A stretch of 64,000 nt of DNA from Planctomycetota bacterium (GCA_021800165.1 JAJYZF010000010.1:2194-66193), one strand, 5' to 3'; shown: positions 18,723 to 28,538, counted from the stretch's first letter. Translations and numbers: made by a program. Notes: a model not told the origin generated them from the sequence alone.

Positions 18723-20323
18723 CCAAATTCCCCTCCTCAGAGCTGCGCAACTTTGCCGAGCAATGCCAGAGCTTTGGCCCGGTCGAAATGCTCCCGCAAT
18801 CGGATTCACTCGTAGCGGTGGTCAACTGCCCGTCCGAGGTGCTCAAATCGCTGGCGGAGTTCCTCGTCCATTCCCTGCAGTATAATTTCGGATCATTGGT
18901 GGTGGAGGCACCCCCCAACCAATGGAAACTCATTTATTTGTTCTATGGCCGTGAAAACCCGTCTTTAGTGCAGCTATGGGTATACCTAAAATCGGACCAT
19001 CCACGGGTTGACTCCATCAGCGATAAAATTCACTCCGCCGATTGGCATGAACGGCAGGCGGAAGATCTGTTTGGATTGGTGTTTACGGGACATCCTCGGC
19101 TGGGCGATTTTGTCCTCCATGAGGAATGGCCCGAAGGCGTGAACCCCATGTGCACCGGGTTTAGCGCCACACATCCCGTAAAGGAGCAGGTGGTTGATCC
19201 CGCATGGCGGCCGGCGCGAATATTGGAAACGCCGGGGGCCTTTTTAATGCCCATCGGCCCGGTCTATGCGGACTATTACGAATCGGCGCAGTTTTTTCTG
19301 GAAACTGTCGGCGAAGATGTGGTGCGCATGATTCCACGCTTTTTTTTCAAATATCGTGGTGTGGAAAAACTGGCCGAGGGCCAGCCGTGGCAACGGGTGC
19401 TGCTGATGGCGGAACGATTTTCCGGAACCTCGGCCATTGCCCATTCCACGGCGCTATGTGCAGCGCTGGAACAGATCTACCAGATTCAGCCACCACCGCG
19501 AGCCTTGGGTCTGCGTCTGATTCTGGCGGAAATAGAACGCATACGTCATCACTTTGCGGTGCTCTCGGATATTTGCCACGCCTCGGGCATGTCGGTGCCG
19601 TCGGCCCAGATGGATATTCTGGAAGAACAAGCCCTGCGTTTAAGTGGTCAGTGTGCTGGACATCGTTACCTCTATGGTTGGGTGACGCTGGGGGGGCTTA
19701 ACCGGGATATGACGCTCACCGCCCTTGATACCATTGCCCGTGAAACGCAACTCCTGGCCAAAGCCTCCGCCACCATCCACAGCGCCCTGCAATTTACCAG
19801 CAGCTTTCTGGATCGCTTTGAAGGTGTTGGGGCCATCAGCGCGGCGGGTGCCCGGGAACTGGCTCTGGTAGGCCCTATCGCCCGGGCCAGCGGAGTCAGA
19901 ACAGATTTGCGGCTGATGTTGCCGTACGGGCCCTACGCACAAGATACCGGATTTTTGGCCATGACTGAGCCACTGGAACAGGAAGGGGATGGCTATGCCC
20001 GGATTCGCGTACTTTTTGCGGAAATCCAGCAATCCGTGAAGCTCATCGATGCGACGGTAGCTGCGTTGCCCACGGGGCCGGTGCGGGTGGAGGCTGGCGG
20101 TGTGCGGGGCCAAAGCGCATTTGGATGGGCGGAAGCTCCCAACGGCGCAGCGTTTCATTATGTTCGCCTGGATGCTCAGGGATGTGTGCAACGCTACCAG
20201 ATTGCCACACCGTCGTTTGCCAATTGGCATGGGTTTCATATTGCGGCGGAAAATTTTGCCTTCCAGGATTTTCCCATCATGATGGCTAGTTTTGGACTTT
20301 CCATCGCGGAATCGGATCGTTAG
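18719..20323 (+). CDS. Fused NuoC-NuoD-like large subunit (HycE/HyfG homologue) LACKING the [NiFe]-binding cysteines; Ehr-type.
   Basis: NuoC-like WHERQAEDLFGLVFTGHPRL. In the NuoD/HycE part, HRGIEK is conserved as YRGVEKLAEG. RFSGTSAIAH replaces the R-x-C-G-x-C-x3-H motif. The C-terminus ...PSFANWHGFHIAAENF...SIAESDR replaces DPCxxCxxR. ATGA overlap with the upstream gene. Confidence 0.8.
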   Translation: MTKFPSSELRNFAEQCQSFGPVEMLPQSDSLVAVVNCPSEVLKSLAEFLVHSLQYNFGSLVVEAPPNQWKLIYLFYGRENPSLVQLWVYLKSDHPRVDSISDKIHSADWHERQAEDLFGLVFTGHPRLGDFVLHEEWPEGVNPMCTGFSATHPVKEQVVDPAWRPARILETPGAFLMPIGPVYADYYESAQFFLETVGEDVVRMIPRFFFKYRGVEKLAEGQPWQRVLLMAERFSGTSAIAHSTALCAALEQIYQIQPPPRALGLRLILAEIERIRHHFAVLSDICHASGMSVPSAQMDILEEQALRLSGQCAGHRYLYGWVTLGGLNRDMTLTALDTIARETQLLAKASATIHSALQFTSSFLDRFEGVGAISAAGARELALVGPIARASGVRTDLRLMLPYGPYAQDTGFLAMTEPLEQEGDGYARIRVLFAEIQQSVKLIDATVAALPTGPVRVEAGGVRGQSAFGWAEAPNGAAFHYVRLDAQGCVQRYQIATPSFANWHGFHIAAENFAFQDFPIMMASFGLSIAESDR

Positions 20324-20335
20324 GAGATTAAAGCC

Positions 20336-21091
20336 ATGTTCGGATGGTTTGTGAAGGGTGCCACGTCACGGGTAAGAACCACGCGCTATCCCGCACACGA
20401 CGAAACTGCGCCTGGCGTTACCCCTGGCCGTCCCGTAGAGACCACTTGTGACAACGAATTGCTCGCTATTGGCCTGGCCGCCACCTGCCCCACGGGCGCA
20501 ATCAAGCCCGCAGCGTTCAAGACGACTGCGGATATTTCTCGGTGTGTACACTGCATGGCTTGCACACGCGGCGAAAATACCATGAGTTGGCAGGCAGATT
20601 ACCGCTGGGCCAAATGGGTTGGCGACAACGCGCGACGTGCCGCCCGCCACCGCCCATTTCGAAAATCGCTCCATATTCGTGTGGTGGATACCGGTTCCTG
20701 TGACGCGGTCCTTAGTGAAATCAAACAGCTTGTCAAACCATATTACAACATGCACCGCCTCGGCTTTTTTATCACCCCCACGCCGCGGCACGCCGATGTG
20801 CTTATGGTCGCCGGGCCGGTCACCAGCCAGATGCGTCTGGCTCTATTAAAAACCTACGCTGCTATGCCCGAACCGAAATGGGTGATGGCGGTGGGCAATT
20901 GTGCCATCAGCGGATGTGTTTTTGCTCCCAGTTTTATTGCCAACGGGTCGGTGGCGGGTGTTATTCCCTTGGATGTACAGGTACCCGGCTGTCCACCACC
21001 ACCGCTGGCAATTTTACACGGCTTGCTGCTTTTAACCGGGCGCGAGGCCGAAATGCCACCCGTGGACCAGCCTCTCGGAGGTACCCCATGA
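20336..21091 (+). CDS. Fused ferredoxin-like (NuoI/HycF-type, degenerate) plus NuoB/HycG-type small subunit.
   Basis: C-terminal half reads SLHIRVVDTGSCDAVLSEI...RHADVLMVAGPVTSQM...PEPKWVMAVGNCAISGCVF...VPGCPPPP, so the NuoB fold retains 3 of the 4 N2-type Cys. The N-terminal half has CPTGAI and CVHCMAC only, giving incomplete CxxCxxCxxxCP motifs. Confidence 0.7.
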   Translation: MFGWFVKGATSRVRTTRYPAHDETAPGVTPGRPVETTCDNELLAIGLAATCPTGAIKPAAFKTTADISRCVHCMACTRGENTMSWQADYRWAKWVGDNARRAARHRPFRKSLHIRVVDTGSCDAVLSEIKQLVKPYYNMHRLGFFITPTPRHADVLMVAGPVTSQMRLALLKTYAAMPEPKWVMAVGNCAISGCVFAPSFIANGSVAGVIPLDVQVPGCPPPPLAILHGLLLLTGREAEMPPVDQPLGGTP

Positions 21092-23241
21092 CCATTCTGC
21101 CGGCGCTATTTTTTCTCGCCATGATTGCGTTGTGCGTCACCGGAGCGACGCTTTCAGCTTGCGTGGCTCAGCACCGCATCGGCCCATTGCTGGCGGTGAC
21201 CGGACCCCTGGCCTCACTGATGATTCTGGCCTGCGCAACATGCGTTTTGATCACCCGACAACCGATGCAAATTGACCTTTGGCATTTGCCGCTCTTGGGA
21301 TTGCTGCGCCTGCGGTTGGATTCAGTGTCGGCGCTGTTTGTGCTGGCCTTGGGCATTTCATTTTTACCGGCGTACCTGTTCTCTAAAAGTTATATGAACC
21401 GGTATCCAGCGCATTACAACATTCGCGGCTTTGGAATTTTTTTCCATCTTCTGCTGATGGCCTGCACGCTGGTTCTAGCCGCCGGCGATGTAGTTACGTT
21501 CCTGTTCACGTGGCGATTGATGTCAGCATTGGCAACTTTCCCCATCACCTTGGAACATCGTCAGGATGAGCATCGCCGGGCTGGATACATTTTTCTGGCC
21601 ATGAATGAAGCGGGAATTATTCTTGCCACCGTTGGCTTGCTTTTAATGACCGCGTGGGCGGCGGGCCATATCGGATTTGCGGCGTTGCACCAGGCCATGG
21701 AGCATATCCCGGACGGATGGCGCTGGGCGATTTTTCTGATTATCTTTGCAGGCTTTTCCGTCAAAGCCGGACTGGTTCCCGTCAGTTCCTGGCTACCGCG
21801 GGCCCATCCGGTGGCCCCCGCCAATATGTCCGCCGTTTTATCGGGCTGTATGCTCAATTTCGGCATCTACGGCATCATCCGTTTTGACGCCATCATCATG
21901 GCTCCCATCACGGCAGGACCAGGCCTTGTTGTTTTGGCCATCGGAGGCCTCTCGGCCCTGCTGGGTATTTTATATGCCACCACTGATAACGACCTTAAAC
22001 GCATGCTGGCCCACAGCTCCATTGAAAACCTGGGCATTGTTGCGGTGGATGTCGGTGCGGGGATGGTTTTTGATGCTTATCACATGCCCACCATCGCGGC
22101 CATTGCCTGGGTCGTGGCGATTTACCAGATGATCAACCATTCCGCCTATAAAACGCTTCTGTTTTTGGGCGCTGGTGCCATCGACCATGGTACCGGCACG
22201 CGCGACATGAACCGCCTGGGCGGGCTGCTTAAACGCATGCCGGTGACAGCGGTATTATTTTTGGTTGGTGCGCTGGCTATTTCCGCCATGCCGCCGTTTA
22301 ATGGCTTTGTTAGCGAATGGCTAACGCTGCAAACCATTTTGCGCTCCACCGAACTCGCATCGCGCTTCAGCAGGGTGGTTTTTGCGCTCTGCGGTGCCAG
22401 CTTGGCGTTGACGGCGGCATTGTCCGTCACCTGTTTTGTGAAGACCTTTGCGATGAGTTTTCTTGGATTGCCTCGCAGTGATACCGTCCGCACCGCGATG
22501 GAAAGCCCGCCGTCCATGCGCCTGGCCATGGGAATCCTGGCCGTGGGCTGCATCGCGCTGGGTCTTGGAGCCACATGGATGGTTCCGCTGGTGGACCGCG
22601 CCATGACTCCGCTGACCCACCAGTTGGCCGCCAACGCCCTGGTTCCGCCGTTTTTTACACTCCAACACGGTAACGCCCAATTCAGCCGGGGCTTTCTGAC
22701 CAGTTTTGGCAAAATTGGGGCTGACGTCGGCAGCGCGGTTATTCCAGCACGCAGCCTGGTTGTTCTCCATCAGGGCCAAGCCGCTAATCCGGTGGTTTAT
22801 GCCATGTCTACCTTTTATATAGCCGCAGTGCTGATCGGGATCATGTTGATCGTCTATCTGCTGGTGCGCCTTACCACGCGCCGGCGCGTGGTACGTGTCG
22901 GCGAACCTTGGGCCGGTGGATTGCGCCGCCTCTGGCCGGATATGTCCTACAGCGCTACGGGGTTTTCAAATCCGGTGCGAGTCATATTCAAGTCGATCTT
23001 CAGCCCCGCCCAGCGCGAAGATTCCCAAGTCGCGGTGGCCGGCCATTTCCGCACCGCCATCCGCAAACCTCCGCGAGACACCTACATCGTCGATCGCCTA
23101 TTCCTGCTACCCCTGGTTGCCGGGGTAAAATTGCTTGCCGGATTGATGGCCCGTCTGCATCGGCCCGCAGTGGTCAATGCCTATGCGGCCTGGGTGTTTA
23201 TCGTGCTTCTTTTTGTGCTGGTTATGAATCGTTTATTTTAA
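21088..23241 (+). CDS. NuoL/HyfB-type antiporter-like membrane subunit with a C-terminal extension.
   Basis: SWLPRAHPVAPANMSAVLSG, AHSSIENLGIV and KTLLFLGAGAIDH are NuoL/MrpA-family blocks. ATGA overlap with the upstream gene. Confidence 0.75.
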   Translation: MTILPALFFLAMIALCVTGATLSACVAQHRIGPLLAVTGPLASLMILACATCVLITRQPMQIDLWHLPLLGLLRLRLDSVSALFVLALGISFLPAYLFSKSYMNRYPAHYNIRGFGIFFHLLLMACTLVLAAGDVVTFLFTWRLMSALATFPITLEHRQDEHRRAGYIFLAMNEAGIILATVGLLLMTAWAAGHIGFAALHQAMEHIPDGWRWAIFLIIFAGFSVKAGLVPVSSWLPRAHPVAPANMSAVLSGCMLNFGIYGIIRFDAIIMAPITAGPGLVVLAIGGLSALLGILYATTDNDLKRMLAHSSIENLGIVAVDVGAGMVFDAYHMPTIAAIAWVVAIYQMINHSAYKTLLFLGAGAIDHGTGTRDMNRLGGLLKRMPVTAVLFLVGALAISAMPPFNGFVSEWLTLQTILRSTELASRFSRVVFALCGASLALTAALSVTCFVKTFAMSFLGLPRSDTVRTAMESPPSMRLAMGILAVGCIALGLGATWMVPLVDRAMTPLTHQLAANALVPPFFTLQHGNAQFSRGFLTSFGKIGADVGSAVIPARSLVVLHQGQAANPVVYAMSTFYIAAVLIGIMLIVYLLVRLTTRRRVVRVGEPWAGGLRRLWPDMSYSATGFSNPVRVIFKSIFSPAQREDSQVAVAGHFRTAIRKPPRDTYIVDRLFLLPLVAGVKLLAGLMARLHRPAVVNAYAAWVFIVLLFVLVMNRLF

Positions 23242-23253
23242 GAAAGGTAAGTT

Positions 23254-24525
23254 ATGTTGATTGAATCGGTCACCGCCCTGGAAATACTGGATTCGCGGGG
23301 CAATCCTACTCTCAAGGTTACCGTCCACCTCGAAGATGGCACGCGGGCTGGCGCTTGGGTACCTTCTGGAGCCTCCACGGGTGAACATGAAGCCGTTGAG
23401 CTGCGCGATCACGACCAACAACGCTACGGCGGCAAGGGAGTGTTGAAGGCAGTGGCCGCGGTGAACACCGCCATCGCTTCACGCCTGGCAGGCATGGATG
23501 TTACCCGACAGGAAGAGGTGGATCGGGCGCTCATCGAAGCCGACGGCACGCCCAATAAAAGCCACCTTGGAGCCAACGCCATTTTAGGCACCTCCATGGC
23601 GGTGGCACGGGCGGCGGCCATAGTTCAGCGTGTACCATTATATCAGTATCTGGGCGGCACGAACGCGGCCCGCCTGCCAGTGCCGATGATGAATATTCTC
23701 AACGGCGGAAAGCACGCGGATAATTCGCTGGATTTTCAGGAATTCATGATTATGCCGGTGGGTGCTTCGTCCTTTGCCGAGGCCTTGCGCTGGGGTGTGG
23801 AAACATTTCACGCACTCAAATCCATTCTGCACGCGCGCGGTTACTCCACAGCGGTGGGCGACGAAGGTGGATTCGCCCCGAGTTTAAAGCGCAACCACGA
23901 AGCCTGCGAGCTTATTGTGGAGGCCATCACCGCGGCAGGCTATCAACCGGGCCGGCAAATCGCCTTGGCCATAGATCCCGCAGCCAGTTCTTTTTACCGC
24001 GACGGCAAATATCACCTCGAAAAGTCGGGGGAGGGGGTTAAAACCAGTGCGGACATGACCAATCTGTTTGCATCATGGCTGGATCAATACCCCATCGTGT
24101 CCCTTGAAGATGGCCTGGACGAAAACGACTGGGACGGTTTTAAAGCCCTGACTGCGGCCCTGGGCCGACGCGCGCAGATTGTCGGCGATGACATTTACGT
24201 GACCAATACACGCTTTATCGCCCGCGGCATTCGTGAACACACCAGTAACGCGGTGCTGATTAAACTGAATCAAATCGGTACCGTGTCCGAAACCACTCAG
24301 GCGGTGCAAATGTGCAAACTGGCGCAATGGAAATGGGTTATTTCCCACCGCTCCGGAGAAACCGAGGATGCCTTTATGGCTGACTTTGCCGTCGCCATGG
24401 GCGGCGGCCAGATTAAAACTGGATCTGCGTGTCGGTCTGAACGCATCGCCAAATATAACCGTCTGCTGGAAATTCAGGCGGAACTTGGTGCCAAGGCCGA
24501 TTTCAGCAATCCATTGGTATCCTGA
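23254..24525 (+). CDS. eno: Enolase (phosphopyruvate hydratase).
   Basis: [29 protein letters not shown]...[15 protein letters not shown]...[13 protein letters not shown]...SHRSGETED: canonical enolase throughout. RBS agaaagg. Confidence 0.95.
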   Translation: MLIESVTALEILDSRGNPTLKVTVHLEDGTRAGAWVPSGASTGEHEAVELRDHDQQRYGGKGVLKAVAAVNTAIASRLAGMDVTRQEEVDRALIEADGTPNKSHLGANAILGTSMAVARAAAIVQRVPLYQYLGGTNAARLPVPMMNILNGGKHADNSLDFQEFMIMPVGASSFAEALRWGVETFHALKSILHARGYSTAVGDEGGFAPSLKRNHEACELIVEAITAAGYQPGRQIALAIDPAASSFYRDGKYHLEKSGEGVKTSADMTNLFASWLDQYPIVSLEDGLDENDWDGFKALTAALGRRAQIVGDDIYVTNTRFIARGIREHTSNAVLIKLNQIGTVSETTQAVQMCKLAQWKWVISHRSGETEDAFMADFAVAMGGGQIKTGSACRSERIAKYNRLLEIQAELGAKADFSNPLVS

Positions 24526-24548
24526 CCGGGCTTATTGCGGGAGTTTCC

Positions 24549-26552
24549 ATGGGCGGCCTGAACGAAAATCATCGGCGACACCTGCTTTTGGCATTTCAGC
24601 ATGTGGATGAAACCTTGGGCCGGGCCTATGCGGCCGTTCGCCAAGGCGGGAGTGATTCTCCATTTCCGGCCTTCAAGTATGATGTCGCGCTCGACCAGGA
24701 TCGCGTCATTGCCACGTACCTCAACGAGTTACGACGGGCGATGGTCAGAATTATCAACGCCCATGGTATAACGATCCCCGAGGCGCAAATCAGTGCCCTG
24801 TGGGCCTTCCGCAGTGCGCTCCTGGCTGTCAGCAATACCATTGAAGAGTTGCGCCCAGAGTATATGGCTGGTTTTGGTGCTGTGGATGAAGCTGCCAGAG
24901 CGGATCTACAAATGATATCTGCGGAGCTTCTCAACATCATCGATCGATTGAGCAAAAGTCTTGCGGAGGTGCCTACCCATGATATTGCAACGCGGTTGCA
25001 CCAACTCAAGAGTCGCGACGGGGTCGCCACCCTCGCCCGCCGACTTGACGAGATCATCACCCGGCGGAACCTGGTGGAAATTCGGCCGGCGCTGGCCGTG
25101 CTCGTTGAGCGCATGGAACACGCCGAGATTGAAATTGCCGTGTTTGGCCGAGTGAGCTCGGGCAAGTCGTCGCTTCTGAATTTTCTCTGGCAGCATGAAA
25201 TTTTGCCGGTAGGGGCGGTTCCCATTACCACCATTCCCACGCAACTCAGCCACGGCCAGGTCGTCCAAGTGACGGTGAAGATCGGCACTGATCAAGTCAG
25301 GGTTATTGATCCGGATCAAATCAAAGATTTTGTCACCCAGGCCGGCAACCCGGACAATCGCAAGCATGTGACGGCGGTCCAGATCGAGTTGCCCAGCTCA
25401 CGCATGGGCCCAGGTGTCGCTTGCGTGGACACGCCCGGACTTGGATCCCTTGGAGGGCAGGGATCGGCCCATGCACGGGCCTATCTGCCCCGTTGCGATA
25501 TCGGCCTGGTGCTGGTTAGCGCTACTGTCGGATTAACCGACTTGGATATTGAATTGGTTGATGCATTGCGACGGGCCGGGGCTGAAATCATGGTATTGCT
25601 GACCAAGGCCGATTTGCTTCCAGAACACGATCTTGCCTCGGTCTTGGCATACGCCCAAACGCGGCTTCACCAACTTTCAGAGTATCCTCCTGGCCTCTAT
25701 GGTATAAGTGTGCGCCCACCGCGGACACAATTGACGCTGGACTGGTTTGAGAAGCGCTTAGCTCCTCTGCTGGGCCGGGCTGCCGCGCTTCGCGATGCTT
25801 CCATCCACCATAAACTTCAGCAGCTTGGTAGTACAGTGGTCGACGTTCTCAAGCGGCGGGAGCAAGCCGCGGATTCGGTGGTGCCGGGCCAGCAGGATAC
25901 CATTATCCACGCGCTGCTTGCACAGGCCACGACGGTTTTAGATGCCGCAGGGCGTGTCAGTCCGGCGAGCCTGCCAACGGCGCGTCAATTGGCGGAAGAC
26001 ATCATCAACCAGACATCGCAGGTATGCTCTCAAGAACCATGGGACGAGGCGGCGGTGTCCGAAAAATTTGCTTCCGTGGCCCAAGCCGTAGTTGCGCATG
26101 GAGTTCATCATGCCGTCGAGTCGTTGACCATCGCTCGTGCTCAGGTCGAAATGTCGCTGAAGATGGCCTCAAAGTCGCTAGCCAATGCCAGGTACGAAGA
26201 TTTGCCGTCTATCTCAGGGGTGCCTGTTTTTGATCCGACACAACTTCTGGCCGGTGTCCGAATGCATGCGCCCGCGTGGACGGTAATCAACGCATCCATG
26301 CGACGCCACGCTGTGGCCGCGCAACTTCGGGAATTGCTGCAATCCCGCCTGGAGGAATTGCTGGCTGATTACAACAGCAGGTTCTGGCAGTGGCGCCGCA
26401 ACATGCTGGGTGAATTAAGCACCCACTATAACGCTACCGCCGCAGTGCTCCGCAGTTTGGTGGTTACGAGTGCGGATCATTCCGACGGTTCTGTGTCGGA
26501 GGATATTGCCGATTTGGAACACGCCATGGCCCAATTCGCCTCGCCCTGTTGA
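24549..26552 (+). CDS. Bacterial dynamin-like GTPase.
   Basis: G1 GRVSSGKSSLLN, G2 Thr in ITTIPT, G3 DTPGLGS, G4 TKADLL. Long helical regions flank the GTPase domain. Starts 24 bp after the eno stop. Confidence 0.7.
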   Translation: MGGLNENHRRHLLLAFQHVDETLGRAYAAVRQGGSDSPFPAFKYDVALDQDRVIATYLNELRRAMVRIINAHGITIPEAQISALWAFRSALLAVSNTIEELRPEYMAGFGAVDEAARADLQMISAELLNIIDRLSKSLAEVPTHDIATRLHQLKSRDGVATLARRLDEIITRRNLVEIRPALAVLVERMEHAEIEIAVFGRVSSGKSSLLNFLWQHEILPVGAVPITTIPTQLSHGQVVQVTVKIGTDQVRVIDPDQIKDFVTQAGNPDNRKHVTAVQIELPSSRMGPGVACVDTPGLGSLGGQGSAHARAYLPRCDIGLVLVSATVGLTDLDIELVDALRRAGAEIMVLLTKADLLPEHDLASVLAYAQTRLHQLSEYPPGLYGISVRPPRTQLTLDWFEKRLAPLLGRAAALRDASIHHKLQQLGSTVVDVLKRREQAADSVVPGQQDTIIHALLAQATTVLDAAGRVSPASLPTARQLAEDIINQTSQVCSQEPWDEAAVSEKFASVAQAVVAHGVHHAVESLTIARAQVEMSLKMASKSLANARYEDLPSISGVPVFDPTQLLAGVRMHAPAWTVINASMRRHAVAAQLRELLQSRLEELLADYNSRFWQWRRNMLGELSTHYNATAAVLRSLVVTSADHSDGSVSEDIADLEHAMAQFASPC

Positions 26553-26575
26553 TCGACCCGCAAGCCCACTTTGGA

Positions 26576-27315
26576 TCAAAAGAGTTTTCCAGTTTCCAAA
26601 ATGCGTTGCAATCCCGCCTTATCCACGGAGGAAGCATTTATTTTATCGAGTGCCGCGATAGCCTCACGCACAGAATACTCCACGCGGCGCAAGGTAATTG
26701 TGCCATCATCCCACACCGCATAAGAGGCTCTGGGATCGCCATCCAGCGGCTGGCCTACCGATCCTGGGTTTACCAGTTGCCTATTGATATAAGGCCGCAC
26801 GTAAGGCAGGTGCGTGTGGCCCACCATGAGCACATCTCCCAGCGGACCATTGCCCAAATATTCTGTGAGCTTGTTAATGGAAAGATCCGGCGTGAGGCGA
26901 TAATCATAAAGAGGGTCTGTGCGCGATGCGTGAACCACATCAAAAGTTGTACATTGGAATCCCAGGTCAGACGAATCGGCAGGTGCTTCAGCCAGCGGAT
27001 ATCCAGAAGGCTTAGTTGTCCCATAGTCCAGTCGCGCATGGCCAATGCCAGGTGCGCCTTGGTCGGGTTGGCACGAGGGTGCTGGTTATGGGCCACCGCG
27101 TAATCGTGATTGCCGCAAACCGTGATCGCCTGATGACTTTTGAGCCAGGCGATACAGGCTCCGGGATCTGGGCCGTAATTTACCACATCGCCGCCGCAGA
27201 GCACGTAGTCAAAGGCCCCGCAATCCTTGGCGACAGCGTTCAAAGCCCAGGGATTGCCGTGAAGATCAGAAATAAGCAAGACACGCATCTGCGGTACTCC
27301 GTAAAAAGCCTTCAC
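26576..27315 (-). pseudogene. Metallophosphoesterase (YfcE/MJ0936-like), interrupted by a frameshift near 26950-26990.
   Basis: Frame A: MRVLLISDLHGN...GDVVNYGPDP...CGNHD...LKHLP. Frame B continues (T)FDVVHASRTDPLYDY...GHTHLPYV...NPGSVGQP. A switch between frames is needed to reconstruct the complete phosphoesterase fold. The tail of frame A is non-conserved. Confidence 0.55.
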
Positions 27316-27883
27316 GCGAAGGCTTTTCCGGATCTACCGGAGATCGGGATTCAGATTGCAGGGGAAACAGCAATCGTTTCCTGACGCCTGCCAATCGGGC
27401 CGTTCGCACGAAGCAGGAGTCATCAGTCTCGGGGACGAGACGGTTCCGGCGAACTCCATCGCCTTAATCTGCCTACTCCATACTACGCGGGCACCAGGCC
27501 AAATTCAACACGCCCATTTACATCTCACCCTACACCTGGGCAACGCGCCCCGGGGTGTGGCAATGTTTCCCAAAAATGCAATGGCGTAGGAGACTTGGGA
27601 TATTTTAAAACCCGGGCCACCGAATTCAGCACCCCGGATTGGCCCGAGGATCCGATGGTATAAGAACGTGCATCTGAAACATTCATGAAGCAAGCCAGTG
27701 CCTGTTTTATTCCAGCGCAGGCCGAAATCCTCCGGCCGCAGCGAGTCCAAACCACGGGCGTGGCATACCATCCCGGTGTCGAAGCTGAAAACTTTGGTCG
27801 GGCGATCATAGGAAACATACTTTAAACATAGGCGGCTAAAAGCCAAGCCTGATTATCGCGGACGATGGTCCGCAGGGGTTGGT

Positions 27884-27912
27884 TTGACAACTTCATCGCC
27901 CTCCCATTAGAC
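27884..27912 (+). promoter_or_regulatory. Putative promoter (TTGACA-N17-TTAGAC) for the crcB riboswitch transcript.
   Basis: tttgacaacttcatcgccctcccattagac lies about 15 nt upstream of the aptamer. The -10 is weak. Confidence 0.35.
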
Positions 27913-27927
27913 TTTGCTCGTCGTATG

Positions 27928-27996
27928 GTAGGTGATGGAGTTCACCTGAACCGTCCCTGTTCGGCCTCAAGGGCCTGGGGACTGATAACTCCTGAC
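27928..27996 (+). ncRNA. Fluoride riboswitch (crcB motif), copy 1.
   Basis: AGGUGAUGGAGUUCACCU-GAACCGUCCC-(extra hairpin GGCCucaagGGCC)-GGGAC-UGAUAACUCCUGAC. P1 is AGGUG/CACCU. Pseudoknot pairs GGAGUU with AACUCC. P3 pairs GUCCC with GGGAC. Confidence 0.8.
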
Positions 27997-28028
27997 GGCT
28001 GGACCGTCGGGGGTTTGTGCATGGCCGA

Positions 28029-28067
28029 CCCTGGCGGATCAAAAATCAGCCGGGGTTGTTTTGTCTT
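28029..28067 (+). terminator. Intrinsic terminator (the riboswitch expression platform).
   Basis: A CCCUGGC/GCCGGGG 7-bp stem with a 13-nt loop is followed by UUGUUUUGUCUU. Confidence 0.55.
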
Positions 28068-28093
28068 CGGATCAATCTCTTTGGAGCAGCGTT

Positions 28094-28477
28094 TTGAAAA
28101 AGGTATTTTGGGAATGTCTAGCGGTCGGCGGCGGCGGTTTTATTGGTACGTTGGCCCGATTTTTGGTGGCCCGTTTATTTTCCGGTTCGCCATTTCCGGT
28201 GGGAACCATGCTCATCAACCTTAGCGGCAGTCTTTTCTTGGGCTGGTTTGCCACTGTGGCCGGGAACCGCTTGCCCATGTCGGAAAATTTGCGGTTGGCT
28301 GTGGCGGTGGGCTTTGTGGGAGCGTACACCACTTTTTCAACCTATATGTTTGAATCCAACCGAATGTTGGAGGATGGTGCGGGCTTGCGGGCCATGTTTT
28401 ACATCCTCGGGAGTGTCATGCTTGGTCTGCTGGCGGTGCGACTGGGCGTCATTCTGGGCCACCGCATGAACGGTTAG
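28094..28477 (+). CDS. crcB: Fluoride ion channel CrcB/FluC.
   Basis: GGGGFIGTLARF...GTMLINLSGSLFLG...GFVGAYTTFSTY carries the hallmark CrcB motifs. TTG start at 28094 follows ggag. The ORF-track start at 28061 would overlap the terminator U-tract. Confidence 0.85.
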   Translation: MKKVFWECLAVGGGGFIGTLARFLVARLFSGSPFPVGTMLINLSGSLFLGWFATVAGNRLPMSENLRLAVAVGFVGAYTTFSTYMFESNRMLEDGAGLRAMFYILGSVMLGLLAVRLGVILGHRMNG

Positions 28478-28538
28478 CGTACCGGAAGACGACGGTGGCC
28501 AGGGCATGGATATTTTCCGGTTCTGTAAGGAGTCGGCC

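Noticed and set aside
27865-28224. 119-aa ORF on the plus strand.
   Set aside because: Overlaps the fluoride riboswitch aptamer and its terminator. The real gene here is crcB, starting at 28094 in the other frame.
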